Below, piece after piece: positions 28,502-39,920 of a stretch of 64,000 nucleotides of DNA (the first letter of the stretch is position 1; each line of letters begins with the position of its first letter). The translations under genes were made by a program, and so were the position numbers. The notes beneath the pieces were generated by a model. That model saw nothing but the letters and a program-made list of their open reading frames with translations, did no database searches and was not told the origin of the DNA. This DNA is from an uncultured Clostridia bacterium (GTDB lineage: Bacteria > Bacillota > Clostridia > Peptostreptococcales > Anaerovoracaceae): NCBI GenBank assembly GCA_937900415.1, contig CALCEY010000011.1, forward strand, positions 1,265 through 65,264. Direction: 5' to 3'.

Positions 28502-29413
28502 ATGTCGAAACAGGTAAAAGCAGACGGAATTCTCGTATTAGTCACTATGTGCTGGGGCGTTTCCTATCTGTTGGTGGATATAAGCCTACTTGAACTTGAC
28601 CCGTTTACACTTAACGCTTTCAGGTTTCTGGGAGCTTTTGCCATCGCCGCGCTGTTTTCATGGAACAAGCTGCGCGGAGTAAATAAGGCCACTTTAAGGT
28701 ACAGCCTTCTTGTAGGGGTTGCTTTGTTTTTTGTATATATAGGAACTACTTTCGGAGTAAAATATACTACGCTTTCAAACGCAGGCTTCCTCTGCGCGCT
28801 GACGGTGGTATTCACCCCGATAATAAACTGGCTGATATTTAAAAAGACGCCGGACAGGAAGCTGAGCTTCGTTGTCATAGTATGCTTTATAGGAATCGCC
28901 TTGATGACGCTGGGAGATGACTTCTCCATAAATATGGCCAACCTTAAGGGTGATTTGTTATGTATAATGTGCGCTTTATGCTATGCGGCGGATTTACTGT
29001 TTACAGAAAAAGCAGTTTTGAAGGAAGAGGTAGACGCCTATCAGCTTGGCGTATTCCAGCTGGGAGTTACGGGAATTCTGAATCTGGTGATGGCTTTTGT
29101 ATCTGAGAAGCCTCGATTTCCGGAAACGGCCGAGGTTTGGGGTTCGGTCGTATTCCTTGCTGTATTTTGTACAGGAGTGGCTTTTGTACTTCAGCCGATA
29201 GCTCAGCAATATACTACGGCATCCCATGTTGGCGTTATATTTACCCTTGAACCGGTATTTGCTGCTGTAGTAGCATTTTTCTTTGCAGGAGAAGTATTGT
29301 CGTTTAAAGCGTATATCGGAGCTTTTCTGATGATGGCAAGCATATTTGTAATGGAAACAGACTTTAAAAAATTGGGCAAAAAGAAAGAAATTGAGGAGGA
29401 ACGACAACAGTGA
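28502..29413 (+). CDS. DMT-superfamily (EamA-like) transporter
   Basis: Ten predicted TM segments arranged as two EamA-like halves. Confidence 0.8.
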   Translation: MSKQVKADGILVLVTMCWGVSYLLVDISLLELDPFTLNAFRFLGAFAIAALFSWNKLRGVNKATLRYSLLVGVALFFVYIGTTFGVKYTTLSNAGFLCALTVVFTPIINWLIFKKTPDRKLSFVVIVCFIGIALMTLGDDFSINMANLKGDLLCIMCALCYAADLLFTEKAVLKEEVDAYQLGVFQLGVTGILNLVMAFVSEKPRFPETAEVWGSVVFLAVFCTGVAFVLQPIAQQYTTASHVGVIFTLEPVFAAVVAFFFAGEVLSFKAYIGAFLMMASIFVMETDFKKLGKKKEIEEERQQ

Positions 29414-31260
29414 ACAGACTTTTTATCAAGTCGCAGGATATCGTTCAGAAAACGGTAGAAGGACTGCATAAGGATTTGGAAAGAAGAATTATTGCGAGTC
29501 CGCCGGGACAGTGTCCCGTAGATATGACAGCATCTTTTTTAAGATTGTGTCATTCACAGAGCTGCGGAAAATGTGTGCCGTGCCGAGTAGGTCTCGGCCA
29601 GCTGCAGCTTATAATAGATCGTATTTTAAACATGAATACAGATTCAAAGATGGAGGATATAGATCTTCTTGAAAAGACAGCCAAGGCAATAAGCGTTTCG
29701 GCAGACTGTGCCATAGGCTCAGAGGCGGCCAATATGGTGCTCAGAGGACTAAAGGGCTACAGAAAGGATTTTGAGTCGCATATAAAAAATCATACTTGTG
29801 CTCTCAGCATAAGAACTCAGGCTCAGCCGGTGCCTTGCGTGGCCATGTGTCCGGCCGGGGTCGACGTACCCGGATACATATCGCTGCTTAAAGCAGGAAG
29901 GTATGACGACGCTGTTAAACTGATAAGGAAAGATAATCCTTTCCCTACGGTTTGCGCGCTGATATGCGAACATCCTTGCGAGGGAAGATGCAGGAGAACG
30001 TTGGTAGACGCGCCTGTGAATATAAGAGGTCTTAAGCGTTATGCAGTGGACAATTGCGGAGATGTGCCGGTTCCTTCCAAGATGGATGATACCGGTAAGA
30101 AGATAGCCGTAATAGGAGGAGGTCCGTCGGGGCTTTCCGCCGCTTATTTTCTGTCCATAATGGGACATAACGTTACAATATTTGAAAAACGTTCTCAGCT
30201 CGGAGGAATGCTCAGATACGGAATTCCAAGCTACAGACTGCCGAGAGAACGGCTCCAGTGGGATATAGACGCAATACTTTCAACAGGCGTAGAATGTAGG
30301 ATGGATTACGACGTTTCCACTCCCGAAGCCATTGAGGAAATAAGAAATAATTATGATGCTACGTACATTTCCATAGGATCCCATAACGCTAAGGATATAG
30401 GTATTCAGGGAGAATATGCAAAGGGCGTTATTCCTGCTGTAGAAATGCTCAGAGGAATAGGCGACGACGCAAAGCCTGACTTTGAGGGTAAGTCTGTAGT
30501 CGTTATAGGCGGAGGCAATGTGGCTATGGACGTTGCAAGAACGGCAAAACGTCTGGGCGCCGATGAAGTAACGATAGTCTACAGAAGAAGAAGAGAGGAT
30601 ATGACGGCTCTGGCAGATGAAATAGACGGAGCCATAGCTGAAGGCTGCAGTCTGTTCCAGCTTAAGGCTCCTTCCAGAATAGAAACAGATAAGGCCGGTA
30701 ACGTCAGAGCTTTATGGGTAAAGCCACAGATTGTAGGTAAAGCGGATAAGAGCGGACGTCCTAAGCCTGTGGATTCATCGGAGGCCGAAGAAAAGCTTTC
30801 GTGTCAGATTATAATTTCGGCTATAGGTCAGGCGACTGACATTCAGTTCTTTGAAGATTACGGAATACCTGTATTCAGAGGCAATATAAAGGCCGGAAAG
30901 AACAGCGTTGTAGACGCTAATCACGGAACTTATGCGGGAGGAGACTGTGTAACGGGGCCTTCGACCGTAATAAATGCAGTAGCCGCCGGAAAAGTAGCTG
31001 CCGCAAACATAGACTCATATCTTGGTTTTAATCACGAGATTGAAGTTGACGTGGATATTCCTCTGCCTGATATAGCAGACCTCACTCCGAGAGGAAGAGT
31101 AGAGATGAGAGAGCGTTATGCGAAGCTCAGAGGCAGCGACTTTAATGAGATAGAATACGGAATGACCTACGAAGAGGCGATGCATGAGGCTTCAAGATGT
31201 ATGCGCTGCGATTATCATGGCTTCGGTTCTTTCAGAGGAGGGAGACATAATAAATGGTAA
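29410..31260 (+). CDS. NAD(P)H-dependent oxidoreductase: NuoF-type 4Fe-4S module fused to a GltD-like (glutamate synthase small-chain) flavoprotein
   Basis: GTG start overlapping the upstream stop. NuoF-like CGKCVPCRVG. Ferredoxin-like Cys clusters CVAMCPAG and CEHPCEGRC. FAD and NAD Rossmann motifs VIGGGPSGLSAA and VIGGGNVAMD. Confidence 0.8.
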   Translation: MNRLFIKSQDIVQKTVEGLHKDLERRIIASPPGQCPVDMTASFLRLCHSQSCGKCVPCRVGLGQLQLIIDRILNMNTDSKMEDIDLLEKTAKAISVSADCAIGSEAANMVLRGLKGYRKDFESHIKNHTCALSIRTQAQPVPCVAMCPAGVDVPGYISLLKAGRYDDAVKLIRKDNPFPTVCALICEHPCEGRCRRTLVDAPVNIRGLKRYAVDNCGDVPVPSKMDDTGKKIAVIGGGPSGLSAAYFLSIMGHNVTIFEKRSQLGGMLRYGIPSYRLPRERLQWDIDAILSTGVECRMDYDVSTPEAIEEIRNNYDATYISIGSHNAKDIGIQGEYAKGVIPAVEMLRGIGDDAKPDFEGKSVVVIGGGNVAMDVARTAKRLGADEVTIVYRRRREDMTALADEIDGAIAEGCSLFQLKAPSRIETDKAGNVRALWVKPQIVGKADKSGRPKPVDSSEAEEKLSCQIIISAIGQATDIQFFEDYGIPVFRGNIKAGKNSVVDANHGTYAGGDCVTGPSTVINAVAAGKVAAANIDSYLGFNHEIEVDVDIPLPDIADLTPRGRVEMRERYAKLRGSDFNEIEYGMTYEEAMHEASRCMRCDYHGFGSFRGGRHNKW

Positions 31261-32993
31261 AGCTTATAATAAACGGACAGAAGGTTTCGGTTCCTGAGGG
31301 AACTACAATAATGGAGGCCGCAAAAAAGGTAGGAATACATATACCGCACCTCTGTTTCCTTAAGGATATAAATGAAATAGGTGCATGCAGAGTCTGCCTT
31401 GTGGAAATTGAGGGCATGGATAAGTTGGTGCCTGCCTGCGATACCGAGTGCAGAGAGGGAATGAAGATAGTTACCAACAGCCCAAGGCTCAGGAGAACAA
31501 GACGTATAAACATCGAAATGATACTTTCGGATCACGATACCGATTGCGCCGCCTGTGTAAGAAGCGGTAACTGCACTCTGCAGATGATTGCCAATGATAT
31601 GGGCATAATAATGAATCATTATCAAAATACCGCTGAAAAAGACCGCTGGAATAACGAGCTTCCTATAATAAGAGAGGCTTCCAAATGTGTAAAATGTATG
31701 AGGTGCATACAGATATGCGAGAAAATACAGAGCCTCGGAGTATGGGACCTTATGGGCACCGGACACAGAACTACGGTCGGAGTAGTAGACAATCTGGATA
31801 TACAGGATGCAGATTGTTCCCTCTGCGGCCAGTGTATAACTCATTGCCCTGTCGGCGCTTTAAGGTGCAGAGATGACAGAGATATTTTAAACGACGCTAT
31901 AGACGACCCGGAAAAAATCATAATAGCACAGATTGCTCCTGCCGTAAGAACGGCATGGGGAGAGCAGATAGGCTTGCGCGACGAGGAAAGCACCATGGGA
32001 AAGCTTGTCTGTGCGCTTAAAAAGATAGGAATCGACTATGTCTTCGATACCAATTATTCTGCTGACCTTACGATAATGGAGGAGGGCAGTGAATTTCTGG
32101 AGAGGCTGGCGCACAAGGAGGATTACCAGTGGCCTATGTTCACATCTTGCTGTCCGGGATGGGTAAGGTTTGTTAAAACTCAATATCCCGATATGGTAAA
32201 AAATCTTTCTACTGCTAAATCACCTCAGCAGATGTTCGGAGCCATGTCGAAAACTTATATAGCTCAGAAGCTGGGCATAGACCCATCGAAGGTGTTCTCC
32301 CTTTCAATTATGCCTTGCGTTGCAAAAAAATATGAGCGTGCAGTTCCTCAGGTGAATGATTCCGGAAGAGGAAGCGACGTCGATCTCGTTCTTACTACAA
32401 GGGAGCTGGACAGCTTTATAAGGAGCGACAGCATAAAGCCTGAAGATTTGACGGATGTCCCTTTCGATTCCATTTTCGGAGAGGGATCGGGAGCCGGAGT
32501 AATTTTCGGAACTACAGGCGGCGTAATGGAAGCCGCTTTGAGAAGCGCATATTATATGGTAGCCGGTAAGAATCCCGACGCAGATGCCTTTAAAAACGTA
32601 AGAGGAAATAAGGGGTGGAGGGAACATACTTTCAACCTAAAGGGAAATAAGCTGAATGTAGCAGTAGCAACGGGACTTGCCAATGCCAGAGCGCTGATAG
32701 AAGCAGTAAGAGCCGGAGAGGTTCAATACGATTTCGTTGAGGTTATGGCTTGCCCCGGCGGCTGCGTGGGCGGAGGAGGACAGCCTTTCGTAGACGGAAA
32801 TGAGATGGCTGAAAAGCGTGGAGATATGCTCTACGACCTTGACAAAGCCAGCGATATCAGATTTTCTCATGAAAATTCAGCTGTTAAACTTACATATGAA
32901 GAATATTTGGGAGAACCTCTTTCAAAACAGGCGCATCATATGCTTCATACCAATATTGAAGAATGGGATCTGGCGATGATTCCGGAGGATTAA
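31254..32993 (+). CDS. hydA: [FeFe] hydrogenase catalytic subunit (group A)
   Basis: N-terminal 2Fe-2S ferredoxin fold and 4Fe-4S clusters. H-cluster motifs FTSCCPGW, MPCVAKKYE, EVMACPGGCVGGGGQP. ATGGTAA start/stop overlap with the upstream gene. Confidence 0.92.
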   Translation: MVKLIINGQKVSVPEGTTIMEAAKKVGIHIPHLCFLKDINEIGACRVCLVEIEGMDKLVPACDTECREGMKIVTNSPRLRRTRRINIEMILSDHDTDCAACVRSGNCTLQMIANDMGIIMNHYQNTAEKDRWNNELPIIREASKCVKCMRCIQICEKIQSLGVWDLMGTGHRTTVGVVDNLDIQDADCSLCGQCITHCPVGALRCRDDRDILNDAIDDPEKIIIAQIAPAVRTAWGEQIGLRDEESTMGKLVCALKKIGIDYVFDTNYSADLTIMEEGSEFLERLAHKEDYQWPMFTSCCPGWVRFVKTQYPDMVKNLSTAKSPQQMFGAMSKTYIAQKLGIDPSKVFSLSIMPCVAKKYERAVPQVNDSGRGSDVDLVLTTRELDSFIRSDSIKPEDLTDVPFDSIFGEGSGAGVIFGTTGGVMEAALRSAYYMVAGKNPDADAFKNVRGNKGWREHTFNLKGNKLNVAVATGLANARALIEAVRAGEVQYDFVEVMACPGGCVGGGGQPFVDGNEMAEKRGDMLYDLDKASDIRFSHENSAVKLTYEEYLGEPLSKQAHHMLHTNIEEWDLAMIPED

Positions 32994-33032
32994 CGCTTCT
33001 GATTGCCGACGATCTTACTGTTATGCCGTTTT

Positions 33033-33077
33033 AAAAATCCCCTGCGCCGGAATGAATTCAGGCGCAGGGGGTTTTTG
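33033..33077. terminator. Bidirectional terminator between hydA and recN
   Basis: cccctgcgcc (33039-33048) pairs with ggcgcagggg (33061-33070). An A-run lies upstream and a T-run downstream. Confidence 0.8.
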
Positions 33078-33094
33078 TGATGTACTGCGTTGTA

Positions 33095-34711
33095 TTATGA
33101 ATTTTCTATAAGCTCTTTCGCGGCCTTTACAGTTGCTTCAGTGATTGAAACGCCGCCTAAAAGTCTTGCGATTTCATCTACCTTTTCTTCCGGAGAAAGC
33201 GCCTCTACGTGAGTAAATGTGCCGGTATCGCCGGAGTCCTTGTATATTCTGTAGTTGAAGTCTCCGCAGGCCGCTATCTGAGGCAGATGGGTGATGCATA
33301 TTATCTGATGATTTTTACTGATTTCCTTTAGCTTTTTACCTACGATGCTGGCGGTAATACCGCTGATTCCGTTGTCTATTTCATCGAAGATTAAGGTAGG
33401 AATTTCATCATATGAGCTTATGATGTTCTTGAAGGCCAGCATTATTCTGGACATTTCGCCGCCTGAAACTATCTTTGCCAAAGGCTTCAGGGCTTCGCCC
33501 TTATTGGTGGTTATGAAGATTTCAGCCCTGTCCATTCCATTTTCTGAAGGCTCGTCGAGAGGTTCGATTTTAATTTTTACCTTGGCATTTTTAAAATTGA
33601 GGTCGATAAGCTCAGCTTGAATTGCGTTTTCCAGCTCTGCCGCCTTGGAGGTTCTCTTTGCCGTAAGGTCAGAGCAGCTTTTAAGAAGCTGTTCCCTGCA
33701 AGCTTTGAGCTTGTGCATGAGCCTGCGTTTTTCTTCGTCCATGTTTTCCGCTATGGATAGTTGTTTTTGAAGTTTTTCCTGATATTCTAAAATTTCTTCG
33801 ACGGTGGAACCGTATTTTTTCTTAAGTCCATCTATCAGCTCCATTCTTGAGATAGCTTCGTCGAGCTCGGCTGGGGAGAAAGTCAGAGAAGACTTTATAT
33901 TGCTTATTTCTCTGCATATATCCTCAAGCCTGTAATATATATCCCTGAATTCCTCGCCGAGTGCGGAGATTTTTTCAGAGTAGGAAGAAAGTTCTTCGAT
34001 GGCTCTGACTCCATGACTAAGGCCATCCATGACGGATGGGGATTCTTCATACATGACTTGATATGCCATGCTGATATTTTCATATATTTTTTCACTGTTT
34101 TGAAGGAGCATTATCTTTTCGCGAAGCTCTTCTTCTTCACCGGGTATAAGCCGGGCCTTTTCAATTTCCTCTTCTTCAAACCTATAAAAATCAAGTTTAC
34201 GTATATTTTCCTTTTCCATGGACAGCAGGCGGGCCAGCTCCTTGCGCGCTTTGACGTAAGAGACGTATTTTTCTGTTACATCCTCCTTCAGTGCGTCTGT
34301 ATACTGATGCTTGTATGAGTCCAGAAGGATGATATGGTAATCCGGATTGAGCAGTGATTGGTTGTCATACTGGCCATGTACGTCGGCGAGCTTTGAGGAG
34401 AGGAGATTGACCTGCGACAAGGTGACTATTTCGCCGTTTATCCTGCATAAATTTTTTCCTGCTGTGGATATTTCTCTTGTTATGACGAATTCCTTGTCGT
34501 CGAGCGTACCGGCGAGCTGAATTACGGCCTTGTCTGAGCCTGTTCTTACATAGGAGGAATCGGCGCGGCTGCCCAGAGCCAGACTGACGGCTTCTATGAC
34601 GATGGATTTTCCCGAACCTGTCTCTCCTGTAATGATATTCAGTCCATCCTTGAAGTCTATTTCCGTATTTTCAATTATCGCAAAGTTTTTAATGCTTATA
34701 TGATTGATCAT
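33095..34711 (-). CDS. recN: DNA repair protein RecN
   Basis: Walker A GETGSGKS, long coiled-coil, signature SGGEMSR, Walker B LIFDEID. The start overlaps the argR stop. Confidence 0.92.
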   Translation of the reverse strand: MINHISIKNFAIIENTEIDFKDGLNIITGETGSGKSIVIEAVSLALGSRADSSYVRTGSDKAVIQLAGTLDDKEFVITREISTAGKNLCRINGEIVTLSQVNLLSSKLADVHGQYDNQSLLNPDYHIILLDSYKHQYTDALKEDVTEKYVSYVKARKELARLLSMEKENIRKLDFYRFEEEEIEKARLIPGEEEELREKIMLLQNSEKIYENISMAYQVMYEESPSVMDGLSHGVRAIEELSSYSEKISALGEEFRDIYYRLEDICREISNIKSSLTFSPAELDEAISRMELIDGLKKKYGSTVEEILEYQEKLQKQLSIAENMDEEKRRLMHKLKACREQLLKSCSDLTAKRTSKAAELENAIQAELIDLNFKNAKVKIKIEPLDEPSENGMDRAEIFITTNKGEALKPLAKIVSGGEMSRIMLAFKNIISSYDEIPTLIFDEIDNGISGITASIVGKKLKEISKNHQIICITHLPQIAACGDFNYRIYKDSGDTGTFTHVEALSPEEKVDEIARLLGGVSITEATVKAAKELIENS

Positions 34712-35172
34712 TTTTTCTCTCCGCCTGACAGCATTTCATGGAACTTTTCCATGATTACAGGTACGTTTGCTTCAGCGTCCGCCAGAAGAAATATGGTGTT
34801 GTCTCCGGCTACGCTGGCTATTATATGAGGAATACCGCATTTGTCTATGGCCTCTCCGGCGGCAGGGCCGCAGCCTGACAGGGTTTTTACTGCCACTATG
34901 TTGCCTGAGGCTACGAAAGAGGTAATCGTTTCGCAGAAAATTTTTGAAAATCTGTCTGAGGCCGGCAAATCATTATGATTGCTTACGGCATATTTATACT
35001 TTCCGGAGGAGGAAAGCACCTTTACAAGCTGAAGCTCCTTGATGTCTCTCGAGACCGTTGCCTGAGTTACGTCGAAGCCGTCGTTTTTAAGCATTGAAGC
35101 CAGCTTTTCCTGAGTATCTATCTCATAATTTCCAATCAATTCTAAAATTTTTGTCTGTCTGGAATACCTCAT
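34708..35172 (-). CDS. argR: Arginine repressor
   Basis: ATG at 35172 lies 7 nt after AAGGAG (the track's TTG at 35178 is too close to the RBS). Winged helix VTQATVSRDIKEL. C-terminal VAGDNTIFLL. Confidence 0.88.
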   Translation of the reverse strand: MRYSRQTKILELIGNYEIDTQEKLASMLKNDGFDVTQATVSRDIKELQLVKVLSSSGKYKYAVSNHNDLPASDRFSKIFCETITSFVASGNIVAVKTLSGCGPAAGEAIDKCGIPHIIASVAGDNTIFLLADAEANVPVIMEKFHEMLSGGEKK

Positions 35173-35244
35173 ATACAATCTCCTTTTGTATATATATTCT
35201 TTATGTGTAAGGAAATTTTAACATAACGACTTTGCCTTTGCAAG

Positions 35245-35273
35245 TAGACAAACAAATGTTTGTATGATATAAT
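35245..35273 (+). promoter_or_regulatory. Sigma-A-type promoter for ruvC with an embedded 16-bp palindrome (LexA-box-like)
   Basis: TAGACA (35245-35250), 17-bp spacer, TATAAT (35268-35273). Palindrome ACAAAC-AAAT-GTTTGT at 35248-35263. Confidence 0.45.
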
Positions 35274-35306
35274 TTTTCAGTACATAAACGGATAAGAGGT
35301 TGAAAA

Positions 35307-35813
35307 ATGCGGATTTTGGGAGTGGACCCCGGCTATGCCATACTGGGTTACGGCATAGTGGACATATCAGGAAACAGGTTTTCACCGGTGGCTTACGGTT
35401 CTATTACGACGGACGCTTCGATGGATATGCCTTTAAGGCTTGAAAAATTGTTCGACGGGCTTACGGAGTTAATCAAATGTTATAGGCCGGACGAGGCTTC
35501 CATTGAAGAACTGTTTTTCAACAACAACGCCAAGACTGCCATCCTGGTAGGAGAGGCCAGGGGCGTGGCTGTTCTGGCATGCTCGAAAGGCGGACTGAAA
35601 ATAAATGAATATACTCCCTTGCAGATAAAACAGGCTCTCGTCGGATATGGTAGGGCTGACAAAACGCAGGTGCAGTATATGGTAAAAACCATGCTCAATC
35701 TTAAAGAGGTGCCTAAGCCGGACGATACGGCGGACGCCCTCGCCGCGGCCATATGTCACGGTCATTCGTCGGGCAGAAGAGACATTCTGAAAAAGGCAGG
35801 TAATATCAGGTGA
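35307..35813 (+). CDS. ruvC: Holliday junction resolvase RuvC
   Basis: [10 protein letters not shown]-terminus. Catalytic acidic residues (..IEELFF.., ..[14 protein letters not shown]..). Confidence 0.92.
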   Translation: MRILGVDPGYAILGYGIVDISGNRFSPVAYGSITTDASMDMPLRLEKLFDGLTELIKCYRPDEASIEELFFNNNAKTAILVGEARGVAVLACSKGGLKINEYTPLQIKQALVGYGRADKTQVQYMVKTMLNLKEVPKPDDTADALAAAICHGHSSGRRDILKKAGNIR

Positions 35814-36409
35814 TAAGATATGTTAAGGGGATATATACGCTGAATGTAAGCGGCGGCGTTGTCGTTGAAACACAGTCCGGGCTTGGACTTGAAATATTTC
35901 TTCCGGCAAATTCACCCGTTTATAAATATAAAACAGGCGATTCAGTTATGATTTTTACGTCAATGATGGTTAAAGAGGACGATATGAGGCTCTATGGATT
36001 TCACAACAAGGAAAGCCTTGAGCTGTTTGAAAAGCTGATAACGGTAAGCGGCGTGGGAGCCAAGGGGGCTATGGCAATAATAGGAACTCTTTCGGCAGAA
36101 GAGCTGAAAAGAGCTATAGCTTTCGAGGACGCTAAGGAAATTGCCAGGGCCAACGGTATCGGTAAAAAGACGGCTGAGAGGATAATTATCGACTTAAAGG
36201 ACAAAGTGGGAATGCCGGAGGGTGAGCTTTGCGATACGGCTGCTTCCGGAAGCGGTGAAATTACAGCAGATAACAGGAGCGAAGCAATAACGGCGCTTGC
36301 TGCTTTGGGATATACCAGAGCCGAGGCGTTTAACGCCGTAGCCTCGATAAACGACGAGGGTCTTACCAGCGAGGAGTATATAAAGCGGGCTTTAAAAAAT
36401 TTATTTTAA
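35810..36409 (+). CDS. ruvA: Holliday junction branch migration protein RuvA
   Basis: GTG start overlapping the ruvC stop. MIRYVKG.. OB-fold N-terminus. HhH motifs [12 protein letters not shown] and [12 protein letters not shown]. Confidence 0.9.
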   Translation: MIRYVKGIYTLNVSGGVVVETQSGLGLEIFLPANSPVYKYKTGDSVMIFTSMMVKEDDMRLYGFHNKESLELFEKLITVSGVGAKGAMAIIGTLSAEELKRAIAFEDAKEIARANGIGKKTAERIIIDLKDKVGMPEGELCDTAASGSGEITADNRSEAITALAALGYTRAEAFNAVASINDEGLTSEEYIKRALKNLF

Positions 36410-36628
36410 GCCTTAATTTGTGACATTTTATGCTCTGACAGCAATGATTTTCAGGATTCGCAATACGGCAATCACGCATGATAAACTCCTTGAAGCTATT
36501 ACGTTGCGGACGTTTGATCGCATTGCGGATGTTTTGCGTGCTGAATATTTTGTACGCAAATCTTTTTCGCAGTAAAGCTTCAAAAGATTTTTTACTTATT
36601 TTTAATTTATATTTCCGGGAAAGGAAAG

Positions 36629-37645
36629 ATGATGGAAAACGAGAGAATAACATCGGCAAATATAAGTCCTGGTGAGCTCAGACAAGAGACTACGCTGAGG
36701 CCTCAGACTTTAGATGATTATATAGGGCAAAAAAATGCAAAGGATAACTTAAGAATATTCATAAAGGCGGCAAAGCTAAGAAATGAGCCCCTCGATCATG
36801 TGCTGTTTTACGGACCCCCGGGCCTTGGCAAGACTACTCTTGCCGGCATTATAGCCAACGAGCTGGGAGTAGACATAAAGATAACGTCCGGCCCTGCCAT
36901 AGACAGAGCCGGAGACTTGGCTGCGATTCTTACCAATCTCAATGAAAACGACGTACTGTTCATAGATGAGATACATCGGCTTAACCGTTCGGTTGAAGAA
37001 GTTTTGTATTCAGCCATGGAGGATTTTGCCCTGGACATAATCATCGGAAAAGGTCCGTCGGCCCGTTCCATAAGACTGGATTTATCAAAATTCACCTTGA
37101 TAGGCGCAACTACTAGAGCAGGAAGCCTTTCGGCGCCGCTTAGAGACAGATTCGGAGTCATGAGCAAATTCGAGATGTATACTGAAGATGAACTTGCAGA
37201 GATTATAAAGAGGTCAGCTGGAATAATCGGCGTAGAGGCTGATGATGAATCTGTGGCGGAGATGGCCAGGCGGTCGAGAGGAACTCCGAGAGTTGCCAAC
37301 AGAATACTTAAGAGAATACGTGACTTTTCACAAGTACGGGGAAACGGAAGGATAACTGCAGATATTGCCAGGCAGGGCTTTGAAGCTTTGGATATAGACC
37401 CCATGGGTCTTGAAAGGCTTGATAGAGAAATACTGACGGCGATAATAGAGCGTTTTAACGGAGGGCCGGTTGGAATAGATACGATAGCTGCTTCGATCGG
37501 AGAAGAAAGGGTTACTATAGAGGAGGCCTATGAGCCTTATCTGCTTCAGATAGGATTTTTGAGTAGAACACAGAAAGGAAGAATGGTGACGCCTTTGGCT
37601 TATAAGCATCTCGGGCTTGAAATTCCAGAAGAAGACCGGATATAA
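36629..37645 (+). CDS. ruvB: Holliday junction DNA helicase RuvB
   Basis: Walker [10 protein letters not shown], Walker [10 protein letters not shown], sensor GATTRAG, arginine finger RGTPR. Confidence 0.95.
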   Translation: MMENERITSANISPGELRQETTLRPQTLDDYIGQKNAKDNLRIFIKAAKLRNEPLDHVLFYGPPGLGKTTLAGIIANELGVDIKITSGPAIDRAGDLAAILTNLNENDVLFIDEIHRLNRSVEEVLYSAMEDFALDIIIGKGPSARSIRLDLSKFTLIGATTRAGSLSAPLRDRFGVMSKFEMYTEDELAEIIKRSAGIIGVEADDESVAEMARRSRGTPRVANRILKRIRDFSQVRGNGRITADIARQGFEALDIDPMGLERLDREILTAIIERFNGGPVGIDTIAASIGEERVTIEEAYEPYLLQIGFLSRTQKGRMVTPLAYKHLGLEIPEEDRI

Positions 37646-37687
37646 GCTTCCTTTCAGATGGAATAGACGATAAAGGATAAGTAGACT

Positions 37688-38737
37688 ATGAATATAAATG
37701 ATTTTGATTATGATCTGCCGAAAGAACTCATAGCACAGAAACCGGCGGAAAAGAGAGATGAATGTAGGCTCATGGTTTTGGACAGAAAAAAGAAAACCAT
37801 AGAACAGAGGTTGTTTTACGATATTCTCGATTATCTTAACCCGGGAGACTGCCTTGTAATGAATGATTCCAAGGTGATTCCCGCAAGGATTTTCGGGGTA
37901 AAAGAAAGTACGGGAGCCAAGGTGGAGTTCCTTTTGATAAAGAGGCTTGAGGGAGACCTCTGGGAAACCATGGTAAGACCGGGAAAGAGACTGAAAGTCG
38001 GAGACACGGTATCCTTTACGGAGGACGGAAGCTTCAGAGCCGTTATAGAGGACTACGGACAGGACGGGACAAGGCACGCTCGATTCATATATGAGGGCGT
38101 GTTTTTAGAGCGCCTCGATGAAATAGGAAATATGCCTCTTCCACCATATATAGAGCGTCCCGCCGAAAGCGGCGACAAGGAAATGTATCAGACTGTATAC
38201 GCCCATGAGGAGGGCTCAGTGGCCGCTCCCACAGCAGGCTTGCATTTCACGAAGGAATTGCTTGAGCGTGCCGAGGAAAGAGGAATAAAGACGGCTTACG
38301 TAACTCTGCATGTGGGAATAGGAACTTTCCGTCCTGTAAAGGTAGAAAATATTGAAGAACATCATATGCATTTTGAAGAATATTCGGTAAGCGAAGAAAC
38401 CGCACGTACGGTGAACGAGACCGTCAGAGACGGAGGAAGAATAATTTCTGTCGGAACTACTTCTTCAAGAACCTTAGAGAGCGCAGCGGTATTCGATGAA
38501 AAAGAGGGAAGATACATGCTGGCTGCCGGTGAGGGCAGCACTGATATTTTCATATATCCCGGATATAAATTCAAGCTTGTGGACAGCCTTATAACAAATT
38601 TCCACTTGCCTAAATCGACTTTGATGATGCTGATATGCGCTCTGTATGACCGCAATGAGATTCTCAGGGCATATGAGCTTGCGGTAAAGGAAAAGTACAG
38701 GTTTTTCAGCTACGGAGATGCTATGATGATATTATAG
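37688..38737 (+). CDS. queA: S-adenosylmethionine:tRNA ribosyltransferase-isomerase
   Basis: [15 protein letters not shown]-terminus. Motifs [24 protein letters not shown]. Confidence 0.93.
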   Translation: MNINDFDYDLPKELIAQKPAEKRDECRLMVLDRKKKTIEQRLFYDILDYLNPGDCLVMNDSKVIPARIFGVKESTGAKVEFLLIKRLEGDLWETMVRPGKRLKVGDTVSFTEDGSFRAVIEDYGQDGTRHARFIYEGVFLERLDEIGNMPLPPYIERPAESGDKEMYQTVYAHEEGSVAAPTAGLHFTKELLERAEERGIKTAYVTLHVGIGTFRPVKVENIEEHHMHFEEYSVSEETARTVNETVRDGGRIISVGTTSSRTLESAAVFDEKEGRYMLAAGEGSTDIFIYPGYKFKLVDSLITNFHLPKSTLMMLICALYDRNEILRAYELAVKEKYRFFSYGDAMMIL

Positions 38738-38770
38738 AAACGCTATGATGATATTATAGATATGTGATAA

Positions 38771-39904
<1,134 letters not shown>

Positions 39905-39920
39905 AGGAGGTTTACTGTAA

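Noticed and set aside
36363-36675. ORFs 36478-36675(+) and 36363-36659(-) in the ruvA-ruvB spacer.
   Set aside because: No Shine-Dalgarno and basic, low-complexity composition. They overlap each other and the ruvB start. The spacer is reported instead as an unexplained non-coding region.
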